Below are positions 17,484 to 26,951 of a stretch of DNA of 64,000 nucleotides, one piece after another. The stretch is from the NCBI GenBank assembly GCA_036675475.1, contig JAKFEY010000030.1:23893-87892 (forward strand), read 5' to 3'. Source of the DNA: Vicinamibacterales bacterium (GTDB taxonomy: Bacteria; Acidobacteriota; Vicinamibacteria; Vicinamibacterales; SCN-69-37). The stretch's first letter is position 1. Every line of letters begins with the position of its first letter. Below the pieces are notes generated by a model. That model was not told where the DNA came from. It made no database searches and was given only the letters and a program-made list of their open reading frames with translations. The translations under genes and the position numbers were made by a program.

Positions 17484-19472
17484 TTGATCCAGCTTTCAAG
17501 ACTCAGTAAATCGTTCGCCGATCGCGTGCTGCTCGACCGCGTGAGCTGGCAAATCACGTCCGGCGAACGCGCGGGCTTGTGCGGCCCGAACGGCGCGGGC
17601 AAGACGACGCTGCTGAAGATGCTGGCGGGGATGGAGAGCCCGGACGAGGGCGAGATCATCCGCCCATCGGCACTCACCATCGGCTATCTGCCGCAGGACG
17701 GCCTCACCTATTCGGGACGATCGCTCTTCGAGGAAGCCAGCATGGCGTTCGAGCCCGTGCTGGCGATGCGCGCGGAGATCACCGCCATCGAACATGCGCT
17801 CGAGGATCCGTCGCTGCCCGATGGCGAGCACGAGCGGCTGCTCACGCGCTATGCGGAGCTGAGTGAAGCGTTCCGTCAGGAAGAAGGCTTCAGCATCGAC
17901 CTGCGCGTGGCCACCGTGCTCGGCGGCCTGGGCTTCACGAAGGACGACTTCGAGCGCAACTGCGCGACGTTCTCGGGCGGCTGGCAGATGCGCATCGCGC
18001 TGGCGAAGCTGCTGCTCGGCCGGCCCACGCTGCTGCTGCTCGACGAGCCGACCAACCATCTCGATCTCGAGGCGCGCAACTGGCTCGAGGAATATCTCGT
18101 CGCGTATCCGCACGCGGTGATCCTCGTGTCGCATGATCGCTACTTCCTCGACGCGGTGGTCACGCGCATCGCGGACCTGTCGCTGCGCACGATCACGGAC
18201 TATCCCGGCAACTACTCGACCTACATCACCGAGCGCGACGCGCGGCTCGAGCGGCTGCGCGAGTCGAAGCGGCGGCAGGACGAGGAAGTGGCGCGCGTGC
18301 AGGCGTTCATCAACCGCTTCCGCTATCAGGCCACGAAGGCCGCGCAGGTGCAGAGCCGCATCAAGATGCTCGAGAAGGTCGAGCCGATCGACGTGCCGCC
18401 CGAGCGCAAGCGCGTGCGGTTTGCGTTTCCGGCCTGCCCGAAAAGCGGGCGCACCGTGCTCGACCTGAAAAAGGCGCGCAAGGCGTACGGCGACAAAGTG
18501 GTGCTCGACGGCATCGATCTGCACATCGAGCGCGGCGACCGCGTCGCGCTGGTCGCGCCCAACGGCGCGGGCAAGTCCACGCTGATGCGGCTGCTGGCCG
18601 GCGTCGAGGCGCCCGACGCAGGCACGCGCGAGGAAGGGCATCAGGTCGTGATGCAGTATTTCGCGCAGGACGAGGCCGCGAAGCTCGAGCCGTCGCTGAC
18701 GGTGTACGACACGCTCGAGACCGGCTCGCCCGTGCACATGGTGCCCGCCATCCGCACGATTCTCGGCGGGTTTCTCTTTTCGGGCGATGACATCTACAAG
18801 AAGGCGGGCGTGCTCTCGGGCGGCGAGCGCACGCGTCTCGCGGTGGCGCGCATGCTGCTGCGCCCCGCGAATACGCTGCTGCTCGACGAGCCCACGAACC
18901 ATCTCGATCTCGACTCGAAAGACGTGCTGCTCGACGCGCTCGAGGACTTCGGCGGCACGCTGATCTTCGTGTCGCACGATCGCTACTTCGTCGAGCGCCT
19001 CGCCACGAAGATTGTGGAAGTCGGCCACGGCGGGATCGAAAGCTATCCGGGCACGTACAAAGAGTTCCTGTGGCACAAGGCGCACGGAACGGACGCGATG
19101 TCGACGGACCTCGGACATTTCAAGGACAGTCGCGCGAAGGTTCCCCCGGTTCCGAAGGTTCGACAGGGTCGACAGGTCCAGGTGCCTGCCGCGCCGAAGG
19201 GCGCCGAGGCGCATGCCGAGAAGAAGAAGCTCGACGCCGAAGAGCGGCGAAAGAAGCGCGAGGAAGACGCGCGGCAGAAGCGCATCACCGACCTCGAGGC
19301 GCGCATCGCCGATCGCGAGCGCGAGGTGAAGGCCCTCGAAGCGAAGATGGCCGCGCCTGGGTTCTATGACGATGCTGATGCCGCGAAGACGTCAATCACG
19401 CGGCACCAGCAGCTGATGTGGGAGGTCGGCGACCTGATGAATCAGTGGGAAGCGCTCAGCGGCGACGACTGA
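17484..19472 (+). CDS. ABC-F family ATPase (two ABC domains, C-terminal coiled coil)
   Basis: 662 aa with a TTG start. It has two Walker A motifs (GPNGAGKTT, APNGAGKST) and two signature motifs (FSGGWQMR, LSGGERTR), each followed by LLLDEPTNHLD. There are no TM segments. Confidence 0.92.
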   Translation: MIQLSRLSKSFADRVLLDRVSWQITSGERAGLCGPNGAGKTTLLKMLAGMESPDEGEIIRPSALTIGYLPQDGLTYSGRSLFEEASMAFEPVLAMRAEITAIEHALEDPSLPDGEHERLLTRYAELSEAFRQEEGFSIDLRVATVLGGLGFTKDDFERNCATFSGGWQMRIALAKLLLGRPTLLLLDEPTNHLDLEARNWLEEYLVAYPHAVILVSHDRYFLDAVVTRIADLSLRTITDYPGNYSTYITERDARLERLRESKRRQDEEVARVQAFINRFRYQATKAAQVQSRIKMLEKVEPIDVPPERKRVRFAFPACPKSGRTVLDLKKARKAYGDKVVLDGIDLHIERGDRVALVAPNGAGKSTLMRLLAGVEAPDAGTREEGHQVVMQYFAQDEAAKLEPSLTVYDTLETGSPVHMVPAIRTILGGFLFSGDDIYKKAGVLSGGERTRLAVARMLLRPANTLLLDEPTNHLDLDSKDVLLDALEDFGGTLIFVSHDRYFVERLATKIVEVGHGGIESYPGTYKEFLWHKAHGTDAMSTDLGHFKDSRAKVPPVPKVRQGRQVQVPAAPKGAEAHAEKKKLDAEERRKKREEDARQKRITDLEARIADREREVKALEAKMAAPGFYDDADAAKTSITRHQQLMWEVGDLMNQWEALSGDD

Positions 19473-19479
19473 GCCCCGA

Positions 19480-20565
19480 TCACTGCCGATAGGCCACGAA
19501 CGCCCCCGGTTGACCGGTCGCCTTGACCGTGAAGCGCCCGGTGATTCGCGTGGCCGAAAAGGTTCCGGTAAAACTGTAAACATCCGCGGCCGAGAACGAA
19601 ATGGCGCCGCCCGGTTCGACAGAGCCGACCGTGCCATACGTCGCCACGTGACCGGCCACGTCACCGCACGACGGGAACATCACCCTGGTATTGCGGGTCG
19701 TGACGGTCCCCGAAACCGTGCTTCCGGTGGCCAGCAGATCCAGGTCCATGTTCCACTCGACCGGGCATGCCTTCGGATCAGGTTGTGCCTCCATCCGCCC
19801 CGTCCACTGCCCCGTCACCGCCGACGGTGGAGCCGGAATGCGAACGGGCCTGTCGATGTCGGGCAGCGTCGTGTCGAATCGCGTCTTTCCGAACTCGCCG
19901 GTTGCCTGCACCGGCCGTTCGGGAAAGAACGCGTAGGTGTGGGTCAGATTCACGGGAAGGCTGGTCGTATAAGGCCCTTTGAAATACATCAGGCTTCCCT
20001 GCAGTTTGAAAACCTGGCGCTTCGCGGGTCCTGAGGGCGTCATCTCCATGGTCGACGTGACCTTCAGACCGCTCGTATCCAACGCCCAGGTCTGCGGGCC
20101 CAGATTGGCCGTGATTCCGAGCACGCAAGTATTGACCGTGCTCAACGTCAGTGACGCCGTGATCGCGCCGGACGCACCCGGTTCCCAATTGACGTCGATG
20201 AAGCCGTGCGACTTCATCGTTCCGAGGCTGTGTTGGAGTATGGGGTAAGGGAACCAGCACGCGTGCTCCGCCCGGATTTCATAGCGCTTGCGAAGCGCCA
20301 GCTGCGCGCCGGACGCGCCGCGTGCCGGTGCCGCACCGATCGCTGCGGCATCGGCAAATGCCTCCGGCAGCGCCTGCTGGATCGCATCTACGGCGATTGA
20401 ACCAAGCATCGACGCGATCGTCGCTCGCTCGGTTTCACTCAGATCTTCGGAAATATCCGGCGCCGGCGGCGTAGCCGTGGCGGCCGGCGCCGTCGGAGGG
20501 GCAGGGGCCCCTCCGCATGCGCCGCTGAGGAGGACAACAGAGGCGAAGATGGCGATCTTGCGCAT
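19480..20565 (-). CDS. Lipoprotein, unknown function
   Basis: Starts at MRKIAIFASVVLLSGACGG (20565) within ORF 19480..20601. I recognise no family. Confidence 0.55.
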   Translation of the reverse strand: MRKIAIFASVVLLSGACGGAPAPPTAPAATATPPAPDISEDLSETERATIASMLGSIAVDAIQQALPEAFADAAAIGAAPARGASGAQLALRKRYEIRAEHACWFPYPILQHSLGTMKSHGFIDVNWEPGASGAITASLTLSTVNTCVLGITANLGPQTWALDTSGLKVTSTMEMTPSGPAKRQVFKLQGSLMYFKGPYTTSLPVNLTHTYAFFPERPVQATGEFGKTRFDTTLPDIDRPVRIPAPPSAVTGQWTGRMEAQPDPKACPVEWNMDLDLLATGSTVSGTVTTRNTRVMFPSCGDVAGHVATYGTVGSVEPGGAISFSAADVYSFTGTFSATRITGRFTVKATGQPGAFVAYRQ

Positions 20566-20604
20566 GCTTCCGTCGCCGCCACCCGCACCTGTGCGAGCCA
20601 CCGC

Positions 20605-21105
20605 TTACCGGATCACGAGCCGATCCTGCAGCTCGCGGTGAATGCCCACCCACGGGGCGTTCGGAATGTTGCGCAGACCCGTGGCCCAGCGCTGGCTCGG
20701 CATCAGCCGGGCCTCGATGCCCATCCGGATCTTGCTTTCGGCCGGCCGGATGCGGAACGTGTAGCGCTGCTCGCTCGTCAGGCCCTCCACCAGATAGGCC
20801 GCGTCGAACAGCGTGACGCGCAGATCCGCCGGGCGCCACTCGGTGCGCACGTAGCCGCTCTCCTTGTCGAGCACGCCGATCGCCGCGCGCTCCGACACGA
20901 TGTCGACCACCGTTCTCCACGTGCGATCGAAATCCTTGGTCTCGATCGGAATATCCACCCAGAACGGCCATTCGTTGACCGTGATGCGCGGCGGCAGGCC
21001 GGCAAGGCCGACCGGTTCGGGCGGCGGGGGCGGCGCCGAGGCGCAGCCGATGACGATGACCGAGGCGATGGTTGCGGCCAGTGCCGCCAGTCGTGACGTG
21101 AACAT
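20605..21105 (-). CDS. Lipoprotein, unknown function
   Basis: Starts at MFTSRLAALAATIASVIVIGCAS (21105) within ORF 20605..21321. Confidence 0.55.
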   Translation of the reverse strand: MFTSRLAALAATIASVIVIGCASAPPPPPEPVGLAGLPPRITVNEWPFWVDIPIETKDFDRTWRTVVDIVSERAAIGVLDKESGYVRTEWRPADLRVTLFDAAYLVEGLTSEQRYTFRIRPAESKIRMGIEARLMPSQRWATGLRNIPNAPWVGIHRELQDRLVIR

Positions 21106-21124
21106 GACGTTTCCTTTGATGTGA

Positions 21125-21796
21125 TTACAGGCCCGCGCGGGATCGCGCGGCCGAAATGGCCTTCCGCAGAACGTCGGCCGACACCGCGCCCTCCAGACGG
21201 ACACCGTTGACGAACGACACGGGCGTGCCCGCGAGATGGCCTTCCTTGAACGCCTCCAGATCGGCAACGGCGCGCGCGCGCGGCCGCTCACTCTGCCGGC
21301 ACGCGGCGAACCGCGGCTCATCGAGCCGCACCGCGCGCGCCGCCGCCGTCAGATGCGTCTCGTCGAGCCGCTCCTGCTCCTGAAACAGCACGTCGGCGAA
21401 CTCCCAGAAGCGCCCCTGCTCCGACGCGCATTCCGCCGCCTCCGCCGCCGGCAGCGCCATCGGATGCACCGACGGCAGCGGCAGATGCCGATAGACCCAG
21501 CGCACGTCCGGTTCGGAAGCCACGACCGCCTTCAGCACGTCGTGAAACCTCGCGCAGAACGGACACTGAAAGTCCGAGTACTCGACGATGGTGATGCGCG
21601 CATCGGCGGCGCCGCGTACGTGATCCGCCGCCGTCACCTCGGGCACCGGTTGATCGCGATGCACCAGGCGATGCCAGTCGATGGGCAGCGCCCGGCCGAG
21701 GACCACGGCGTTGGTGAGGACGCTGACCGCGAGCAGCATCCAGAGGATGCGTGTCGAGAACAGCGGCGCGCGCGGTCCGGGCGCGGCGGGTGTCAT
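21125..21796 (-). CDS. Membrane-anchored DsbA-family thiol:disulfide oxidoreductase
   Basis: Starts at MTPAAPGP (21796) and has a TM anchor (ILWMLLAVSVLTNAVVLG). The thioredoxin-fold active site is YSDFQCPFCARF. The DsbA-like C-terminus reads GTPVSFVNG. Confidence 0.8.
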   Translation of the reverse strand: MTPAAPGPRAPLFSTRILWMLLAVSVLTNAVVLGRALPIDWHRLVHRDQPVPEVTAADHVRGAADARITIVEYSDFQCPFCARFHDVLKAVVASEPDVRWVYRHLPLPSVHPMALPAAEAAECASEQGRFWEFADVLFQEQERLDETHLTAAARAVRLDEPRFAACRQSERPRARAVADLEAFKEGHLAGTPVSFVNGVRLEGAVSADVLRKAISAARSRAGL

Positions 21797-22047
21797 GGAA
21801 TGCAGCTCGTCTCGTACCAGCACTTGCCGCCGCCCGCGTTCAGGCACGCGGTGCGCGTCGAGAAACAGCCGCTGCCGGCACCGGCATAATTCAGGTAGCC
21901 GTTCGGGCAGCAGACGCTGGCCGATCGGATCCAGCACGAGCCGGCCGAGCACTTCGCCGAATCGGTGACCGGTTCGAGCGGCAGGTAGCACGCCCCGACC
22001 GGCAGCATGACCAGGACGGCCAGCAGCAAGAGGCCGCGCGCGGCCAT
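21793..22047 (-). CDS. Small cysteine-rich secreted protein or lipoprotein (84 aa precursor, 8 Cys in a 64-aa mature part)
   Basis: Starts at MAARGLLLLAVLVMLPVGAC (22047). The mature part is YLPLEPVTDSAKCSAGSCWIRSASVCCPNGYLNYAGAGSGCFSTRTACLNAGGGKCWYETSCIP. Its stop overlaps the dsbA-like ATG (ATGA). Confidence 0.5.
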   Translation of the reverse strand: MAARGLLLLAVLVMLPVGACYLPLEPVTDSAKCSAGSCWIRSASVCCPNGYLNYAGAGSGCFSTRTACLNAGGGKCWYETSCIP

Positions 22048-22182
22048 CAGGCAGCCGCGGGAAATCCGTTCGTTCAGTCGCATATCACCTCCAGGAGAAT
22101 CAGCCGCATTACCGGTGCGGGAGGATGGCGCGAAGGGATAAACTCAGCAACAGACAACACACGGCATTAGCTGACATTTCCC

Positions 22183-23487
22183 ATGAACGAACAGCCCCGG
22201 CGCCTCGATTCGTGGAAAGAGATCGCGGATTATCTCGGCCGCGATGTCCGCACGGCGATGCGCTGGGCAAAATCGCAGCAGCTGCCGGTTCGAAGGGTGG
22301 GCGGCCGCGGGCGATCGGTGTTTGCTTTCACCAACGAAATCGATGCCTGGCTGGCGGGCAACCCGTCGGCGAGGGCCGCCGAGCCCGATCCCCTTCCCGA
22401 ACCTCCCGCCCCCGCTCGCCGGCGCGGCGCCGGGTTCGCCGCCATCGCCGTCGCGGCCGGTGCCGTGCTGGCGGCCGGCGTGCTCGGCCGGTCATGGCTG
22501 AACGGCCCTGACACCGATCTGGAACCGCAGATCGAGGCCAACGAGCGCGCCATCCTCATCAGGCCGCTGGAGGGCCGGCCGCGGGAGGTGTTTCGCTTCG
22601 ATCCCGATCAGGCGCCGATCATGACGTCCGCGCCTCCCCGTTTCCACGATGCCGACGGCGACGGCACGCGCGACATCCTGGTGGGAGTCGGGCACTACGT
22701 CGACCATCTGCAGCGCACGCCGCGGACCGGCGAATTGATCAACGTGTCGCGCGACGGCGCCGTGCGATGGCGCGTCACGTTCGGCGACGTGCTCGCCTTC
22801 AGGCAGGAGCGGTTCGACGGACCGTGGGGTCTCACGGACTGGAGCGTGGGACCGCCGGCGTCGCCGGCGAGAATCGCGGCGGTGGTGCACCATCACATGT
22901 GGTGGCCCTCAATGGCGGCCGTGCTCGACCACACCGGCCGCCGGCTGACGACATTCGTGCATCCGGGGTGGCTCGAATCGGTGATGTGGCTCGATCGCCG
23001 CCGGGTCGCTGTTGCCGGCTTCACCAACGCGCGCGACGCCGCGATGCTGGCGATCATCGACGCCGACGGGCCCGACGCGCACGCGCCGCCGGCAGCGGAC
23101 GCGAAATTTCTGTGTGAGGCCTGCACGCACGCGACGCCGATGTTCTATGCGGCGTTTGCGCGGTCCGAGGTGAACGTCGCGAGCGCAAGCCGATTCAATC
23201 GCGCGCGCGTGTCACGCCAGCACGAGCGCATCGTCGTGCGGACGGTCGAGGTCGAAGGCGCGGTGTCGGCGACGGCGATCTACGAGTTCGACAACGACCT
23301 CAGGCTCGTGCGGGCGCAATACGAGGACTCGTATTGGACCGAACACGCCCGGCTCGAGCGCGACGGCCGCATTACGCACACGCGTGACGCGTGTCCGGAG
23401 CGTGACGGCCCGCGCGGCATCGACGTGTGGCGCCCCGCCGAGGGATGGACGCGCGCGACTCACAATTCTGTTATTCGCTTACAATAA
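22183..23487 (+). CDS. Membrane-anchored protein with an N-terminal excisionase-type HTH, one TM segment and a large extracytoplasmic domain
   Basis: 434 aa. The HTH reads LDSWKEIADYLGRDVRTAMRWAKSQQLPVRRVGGRGRSVFAFTNEIDAWL. The TM segment is FAAIAVAAGAVLAAGVL. It also has an FG-GAP-like Ca-binding motif, DADGDGTRDILVG. Confidence 0.65.
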   Translation: MNEQPRRLDSWKEIADYLGRDVRTAMRWAKSQQLPVRRVGGRGRSVFAFTNEIDAWLAGNPSARAAEPDPLPEPPAPARRRGAGFAAIAVAAGAVLAAGVLGRSWLNGPDTDLEPQIEANERAILIRPLEGRPREVFRFDPDQAPIMTSAPPRFHDADGDGTRDILVGVGHYVDHLQRTPRTGELINVSRDGAVRWRVTFGDVLAFRQERFDGPWGLTDWSVGPPASPARIAAVVHHHMWWPSMAAVLDHTGRRLTTFVHPGWLESVMWLDRRRVAVAGFTNARDAAMLAIIDADGPDAHAPPAADAKFLCEACTHATPMFYAAFARSEVNVASASRFNRARVSRQHERIVVRTVEVEGAVSATAIYEFDNDLRLVRAQYEDSYWTEHARLERDGRITHTRDACPERDGPRGIDVWRPAEGWTRATHNSVIRLQ

Positions 23488-23590
23488 CGTCAGCGACGGC
23501 GCCGCTCCCCGCACGAAAACCCACGCTCTCAGGCGCATTTTGTGAAATCGCCTGAGGTACACCTCTTGCCGTTGGGCTGGGATTCCGCCG

Positions 23591-24736
23591 ATGACTGAAA
23601 CGCGCCCGCGCCGCTCCAGAAATGCGCCGTCCGCCCGCCGGACGCCGCCTGCACGTCCGCGCGCGCCGCGTGCCGTCGCCGGCGATCCATTCTTCCGCCA
23701 TCTCGTCACGAGCCTCCGCAACGGCGTGCTCGCGGTCACGCGCGACGGCCGCATCGCGGCGATCAACCTTCCCGCCTACCGCATCCTCGGTCTCGACCCG
23801 GCGCCCGACGATGCCGGCAAGCGCGTCGGCGATCTTTTGGCGTCGGAGCCCGAGCTCGCCCGCGTGCTCACGCGCGCGTCGGAAGGCGGCCACCTGCCGA
23901 ACCGCGTGGAGCTGCGCCTGAAGGGATCGGGCCGCGTCATCGGCTACACGCTGTCGGAAGTCCTCGACGAGCAGGGCGCGCGCGCCGGCACCGCCATGTT
24001 CTTCAAGGACCTCACGCGCGTCGAGCAACTCGAGGAGCGCGAGCGCCTGCGCGATCGGCTCGCCACGCTCGGCGAAATGGCCGCGGCCATCGCGCACGAA
24101 GTGAAGAATCCGCTCGCCGGCATCGAGGTGATGTCGGGCGTGCTCAAGCGCACGCTCGTGGGCAACGCCGAAGCGCAGGCCATGCTCAACGACATCATCA
24201 ACGAGTGCAAGCTCGCCAATTCGATCGTCGTCGAAGTGCTCGAGTTCGTGCGGCCGATCCGGCTCGAGGTCGAGACGCACGTCGCGCTCGCGCCCGTGCT
24301 GCGCGACTCGGTCACGATGGCCTCGAGCACCACGCCGCCGGGCGGCACCATCGTCGACGTCGACGTGCCCGCGGGCATTCCGGCCGTACCGGGCGACCCG
24401 AACCAGCTGCGACAGCTGTTCACCAACCTGCTCACCAACGCGTTCGAGGCGCTCGAAGGCCGCGGCCGCGTGGTCATCCGCGCGCGCCTCGTGAAGGCCC
24501 TCGAGGAGGGCGATCAGCCGCACGTCGTCATCGAGGTGCGCGACGATGGGCCGGGCATCAGCGCGGAGACGGCCGAGCGCGTGTTCAGCCCGTTTTTCAC
24601 GACCAAGCCGAAAGGCAGCGGCCTGGGTCTCGCCATCGTGCGCAAGGTCGTTGACGCGCACGACGGCCACATCGATCTCACCACGCCGCCCGAAGGCGGC
24701 ACGCGTTTCAGGGTGTCGCTCCCCGTTGCGAACTGA
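23591..24736 (+). CDS. Sensor histidine kinase (PAS + HisKA + HATPase_c), cytoplasmic NtrB/AtoS-like
   Basis: 381 aa. The H-box is LGEMAAAIAHEVKNPLAGI, the N-box is LFTNLLTNAFEA and the G-boxes are DDGPGI and GSGLGLAIV. Confidence 0.88.
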   Translation: MTETRPRRSRNAPSARRTPPARPRAPRAVAGDPFFRHLVTSLRNGVLAVTRDGRIAAINLPAYRILGLDPAPDDAGKRVGDLLASEPELARVLTRASEGGHLPNRVELRLKGSGRVIGYTLSEVLDEQGARAGTAMFFKDLTRVEQLEERERLRDRLATLGEMAAAIAHEVKNPLAGIEVMSGVLKRTLVGNAEAQAMLNDIINECKLANSIVVEVLEFVRPIRLEVETHVALAPVLRDSVTMASSTTPPGGTIVDVDVPAGIPAVPGDPNQLRQLFTNLLTNAFEALEGRGRVVIRARLVKALEEGDQPHVVIEVRDDGPGISAETAERVFSPFFTTKPKGSGLGLAIVRKVVDAHDGHIDLTTPPEGGTRFRVSLPVAN

Positions 24737-24741
24737 GGACC

Positions 24742-26139
24742 ATGGGAAGAATTCTTGTCGCCGACGATCACGATTCGCTCCGCCGCGGGCTCGCGCGCGC
24801 GCTGGCCGATGCCGGGCACGATGTCGATGAGGCGCCCAACGGGCTGGCGGCCATCGAGAAGCTGCACGAGGGGCAGTTCGACGTCGTGCTGAGCGACGTG
24901 CGCATGGGCGGCGCCGACGGCATGGACGTGCTGCGCACGACGCGGACGCTGCAGCCGAACGCAGCGGTGATCCTGATGACGGCGTTCGGCTCCATCAACA
25001 CGGCGGTCGAGGCCATGCGCATCGGCGCGTTCGACTTCGTGCAGAAGCCGTTCGAGATCGAAGAGATGGAGGTGAAGATCGAGAAGGCGATCGAGCACCG
25101 CCGCCTGCGCCACGAGATCGAATACCTGCGTCACACGCAGCAGGACATCTACGACTTCAACCGCATCGTCGGCGCCAGCGGCGCGCTGGGCGCCGTGCTC
25201 GATATCGTGAAGAAGGTCGCGCGCAGCAACACCACGGTGCTGATTCGCGGCGAAACGGGCACGGGCAAGGAGCTGATCGCAGGCGCGATTCATCACAACT
25301 CGCACCGGTCGGGCCGCAACTTCGTGAAGGTCAACTGCGCCGCGCTGCAGGAGAATCTACTCGAGTCGGAGCTGTTCGGCCACGAGAAGGGCGCGTTCAC
25401 CGGCGCCGACAAGCAGCGGGTGGGCCGCTTCGAGCAGGCGGACGGCGGCACGCTGTTCCTCGACGAAGTCGGCGACATGAGCCCGAACACGCAGGCCAAG
25501 ATCCTGCGCGTGCTGCAGGAGCATGAGTTCGAGCGGTTGGGCGGCACGCGCACGCTGCGGGTCGACGTGCGGGTGATCGCGGCCACGAACCGCAACCTGT
25601 CGGCGATGGTGCAGGCCGGCCAGTTCCGCGAAGACCTGTACTACCGCCTCAACGTGGTGTCGGTGGACATGCCGCCGCTCCGCGATCGCAAGGACGACAT
25701 TCCCGATCTCGCGAAGTTCTTTCAGCGGCGGTTCGCCGGCGAGCTGAAGAAGAAGATCGACGGCATCACGCCCGACGCGCTGAAGCTGCTGATGCGCTAC
25801 AACTGGCCGGGCAACATCCGCGAGCTCGAAAACGCGATCGAGCGCGCGATGCTGCTGACCGAGGGGCCGATGATTCAGGCGGGCGACCTGCGGCTGGGCG
25901 AGCTGGCGCCGTCGACGGCGTCGGGCGAGCCGCAGCCGGCCGTGCGCATTCCGCCGACAGGCATCGCGCTCGAAGAGGTGGAACGCCAGGCCGTGGTCGA
26001 GGCCCTCCGCATGTCCAACTGGGTGCAGAAGGACGCGGCGGAGCTGCTGGCGATCAGTCCGCGCGTCATGAACTATAAAATCAAGACGCTTGGCATCGAA
26101 ATTCCTCGCGGCCGCCGCATGCTTCCTGCTGATTACTGA
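24742..26139 (+). CDS. Sigma-54-dependent response regulator (NtrC family: REC + AAA+ + Fis-type HTH)
   Basis: 465 aa containing ILVADDHD...DVRMGG, Walker A GETGTGKE, the GAFTGA motif (EKGAFTGA), GGTLFLDEV, NWPGNIRELEN and a C-terminal HTH. Confidence 0.93.
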   Translation: MGRILVADDHDSLRRGLARALADAGHDVDEAPNGLAAIEKLHEGQFDVVLSDVRMGGADGMDVLRTTRTLQPNAAVILMTAFGSINTAVEAMRIGAFDFVQKPFEIEEMEVKIEKAIEHRRLRHEIEYLRHTQQDIYDFNRIVGASGALGAVLDIVKKVARSNTTVLIRGETGTGKELIAGAIHHNSHRSGRNFVKVNCAALQENLLESELFGHEKGAFTGADKQRVGRFEQADGGTLFLDEVGDMSPNTQAKILRVLQEHEFERLGGTRTLRVDVRVIAATNRNLSAMVQAGQFREDLYYRLNVVSVDMPPLRDRKDDIPDLAKFFQRRFAGELKKKIDGITPDALKLLMRYNWPGNIRELENAIERAMLLTEGPMIQAGDLRLGELAPSTASGEPQPAVRIPPTGIALEEVERQAVVEALRMSNWVQKDAAELLAISPRVMNYKIKTLGIEIPRGRRMLPADY

Positions 26140-26926
26140 GGCGGCGCTGTCGCAGCAGCCGGCCGGGAAGCTCGAGGACCGGCTGCGCGACTACATCGCG
26201 CGGTTCGAGCAGGAAGCGGCGGCCCTGGTGGCCGACGAGCACTACTATCAGCAGCTCGAATCGCGCGGGCGAGACCAGCAAGTCACGCACTGGTCGCGCG
26301 AGCTCCGATCCGATTACGTGCTCCTCAAACCCGCCGACACCGAACCCTGGTTCGGCTATCGCGACATCTACGAAGTCGATCGCAAGCCCGTGCGCGAGCG
26401 CGACGCGCGGCTCGTGCAGCTGCTCGGCAGCACGGCGCCCGACTCGCGCGATCGCGCCGCCGCCTTCGCGCGCGAAGGCTCGCGCTTCAATCTCGGGCCC
26501 GAGCGCACGGTCAATACGCCGACGATGCCGATGCAGCTGCTGGCGCGGCTCAACGCGCCGCGGTTCCGCGTGCGGGCGCCGCGCGGCTGGCAGCGGCAGG
26601 CCTTCGCGGATCTCACCGTCGAAGAAAGCGTCCGGCCCACCATCGTCCGCACGCCGGAAGGCCGGAGCGTGGAATCGCGCGGCCTGGTGACCGTGCGCGT
26701 GAGCGACGGCGCGATCTTCAGCGCGCGCCTGCGGTTCAGGTTTTCGGACCGCGATCGCCGCGAGCCCGAGGCTACGCTCAACGTCGAGTACGGCGACGTG
26801 CCCGGCGTCAGCGTGCCGGTGCCGCTGCGCATGTCCGAGGAGCTGCCCATGCCCGACGGCAAAGCCTCAGGCGTAGCGACGTACTCGAACTACCGCCGCT
26901 TCCAGACCACCGCCCGCATCCGCTAG
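26090..26926 (+). CDS. Secreted protein, unknown function
   Basis: 278 aa with a TTG start that overlaps the ntrC-like gene by 50 nt. The signal-like N-terminus is FLAAAACFLLITEAALSQQ. The start is uncertain. Confidence 0.5.
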   Translation: MASKFLAAAACFLLITEAALSQQPAGKLEDRLRDYIARFEQEAAALVADEHYYQQLESRGRDQQVTHWSRELRSDYVLLKPADTEPWFGYRDIYEVDRKPVRERDARLVQLLGSTAPDSRDRAAAFAREGSRFNLGPERTVNTPTMPMQLLARLNAPRFRVRAPRGWQRQAFADLTVEESVRPTIVRTPEGRSVESRGLVTVRVSDGAIFSARLRFRFSDRDRREPEATLNVEYGDVPGVSVPVPLRMSEELPMPDGKASGVATYSNYRRFQTTARIR

Positions 26927-26951
26927 CCTGAAACTTGCAGTCTTCCAGCTC

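Noticed and set aside
26090-26115. TGGCAT at 26098 as a sigma-54 promoter for the genes downstream of the NtrC-like regulator
   Set aside because: No TTGC element lies at the required GG-N10-GC spacing, and the site is inside the regulator's own coding sequence.
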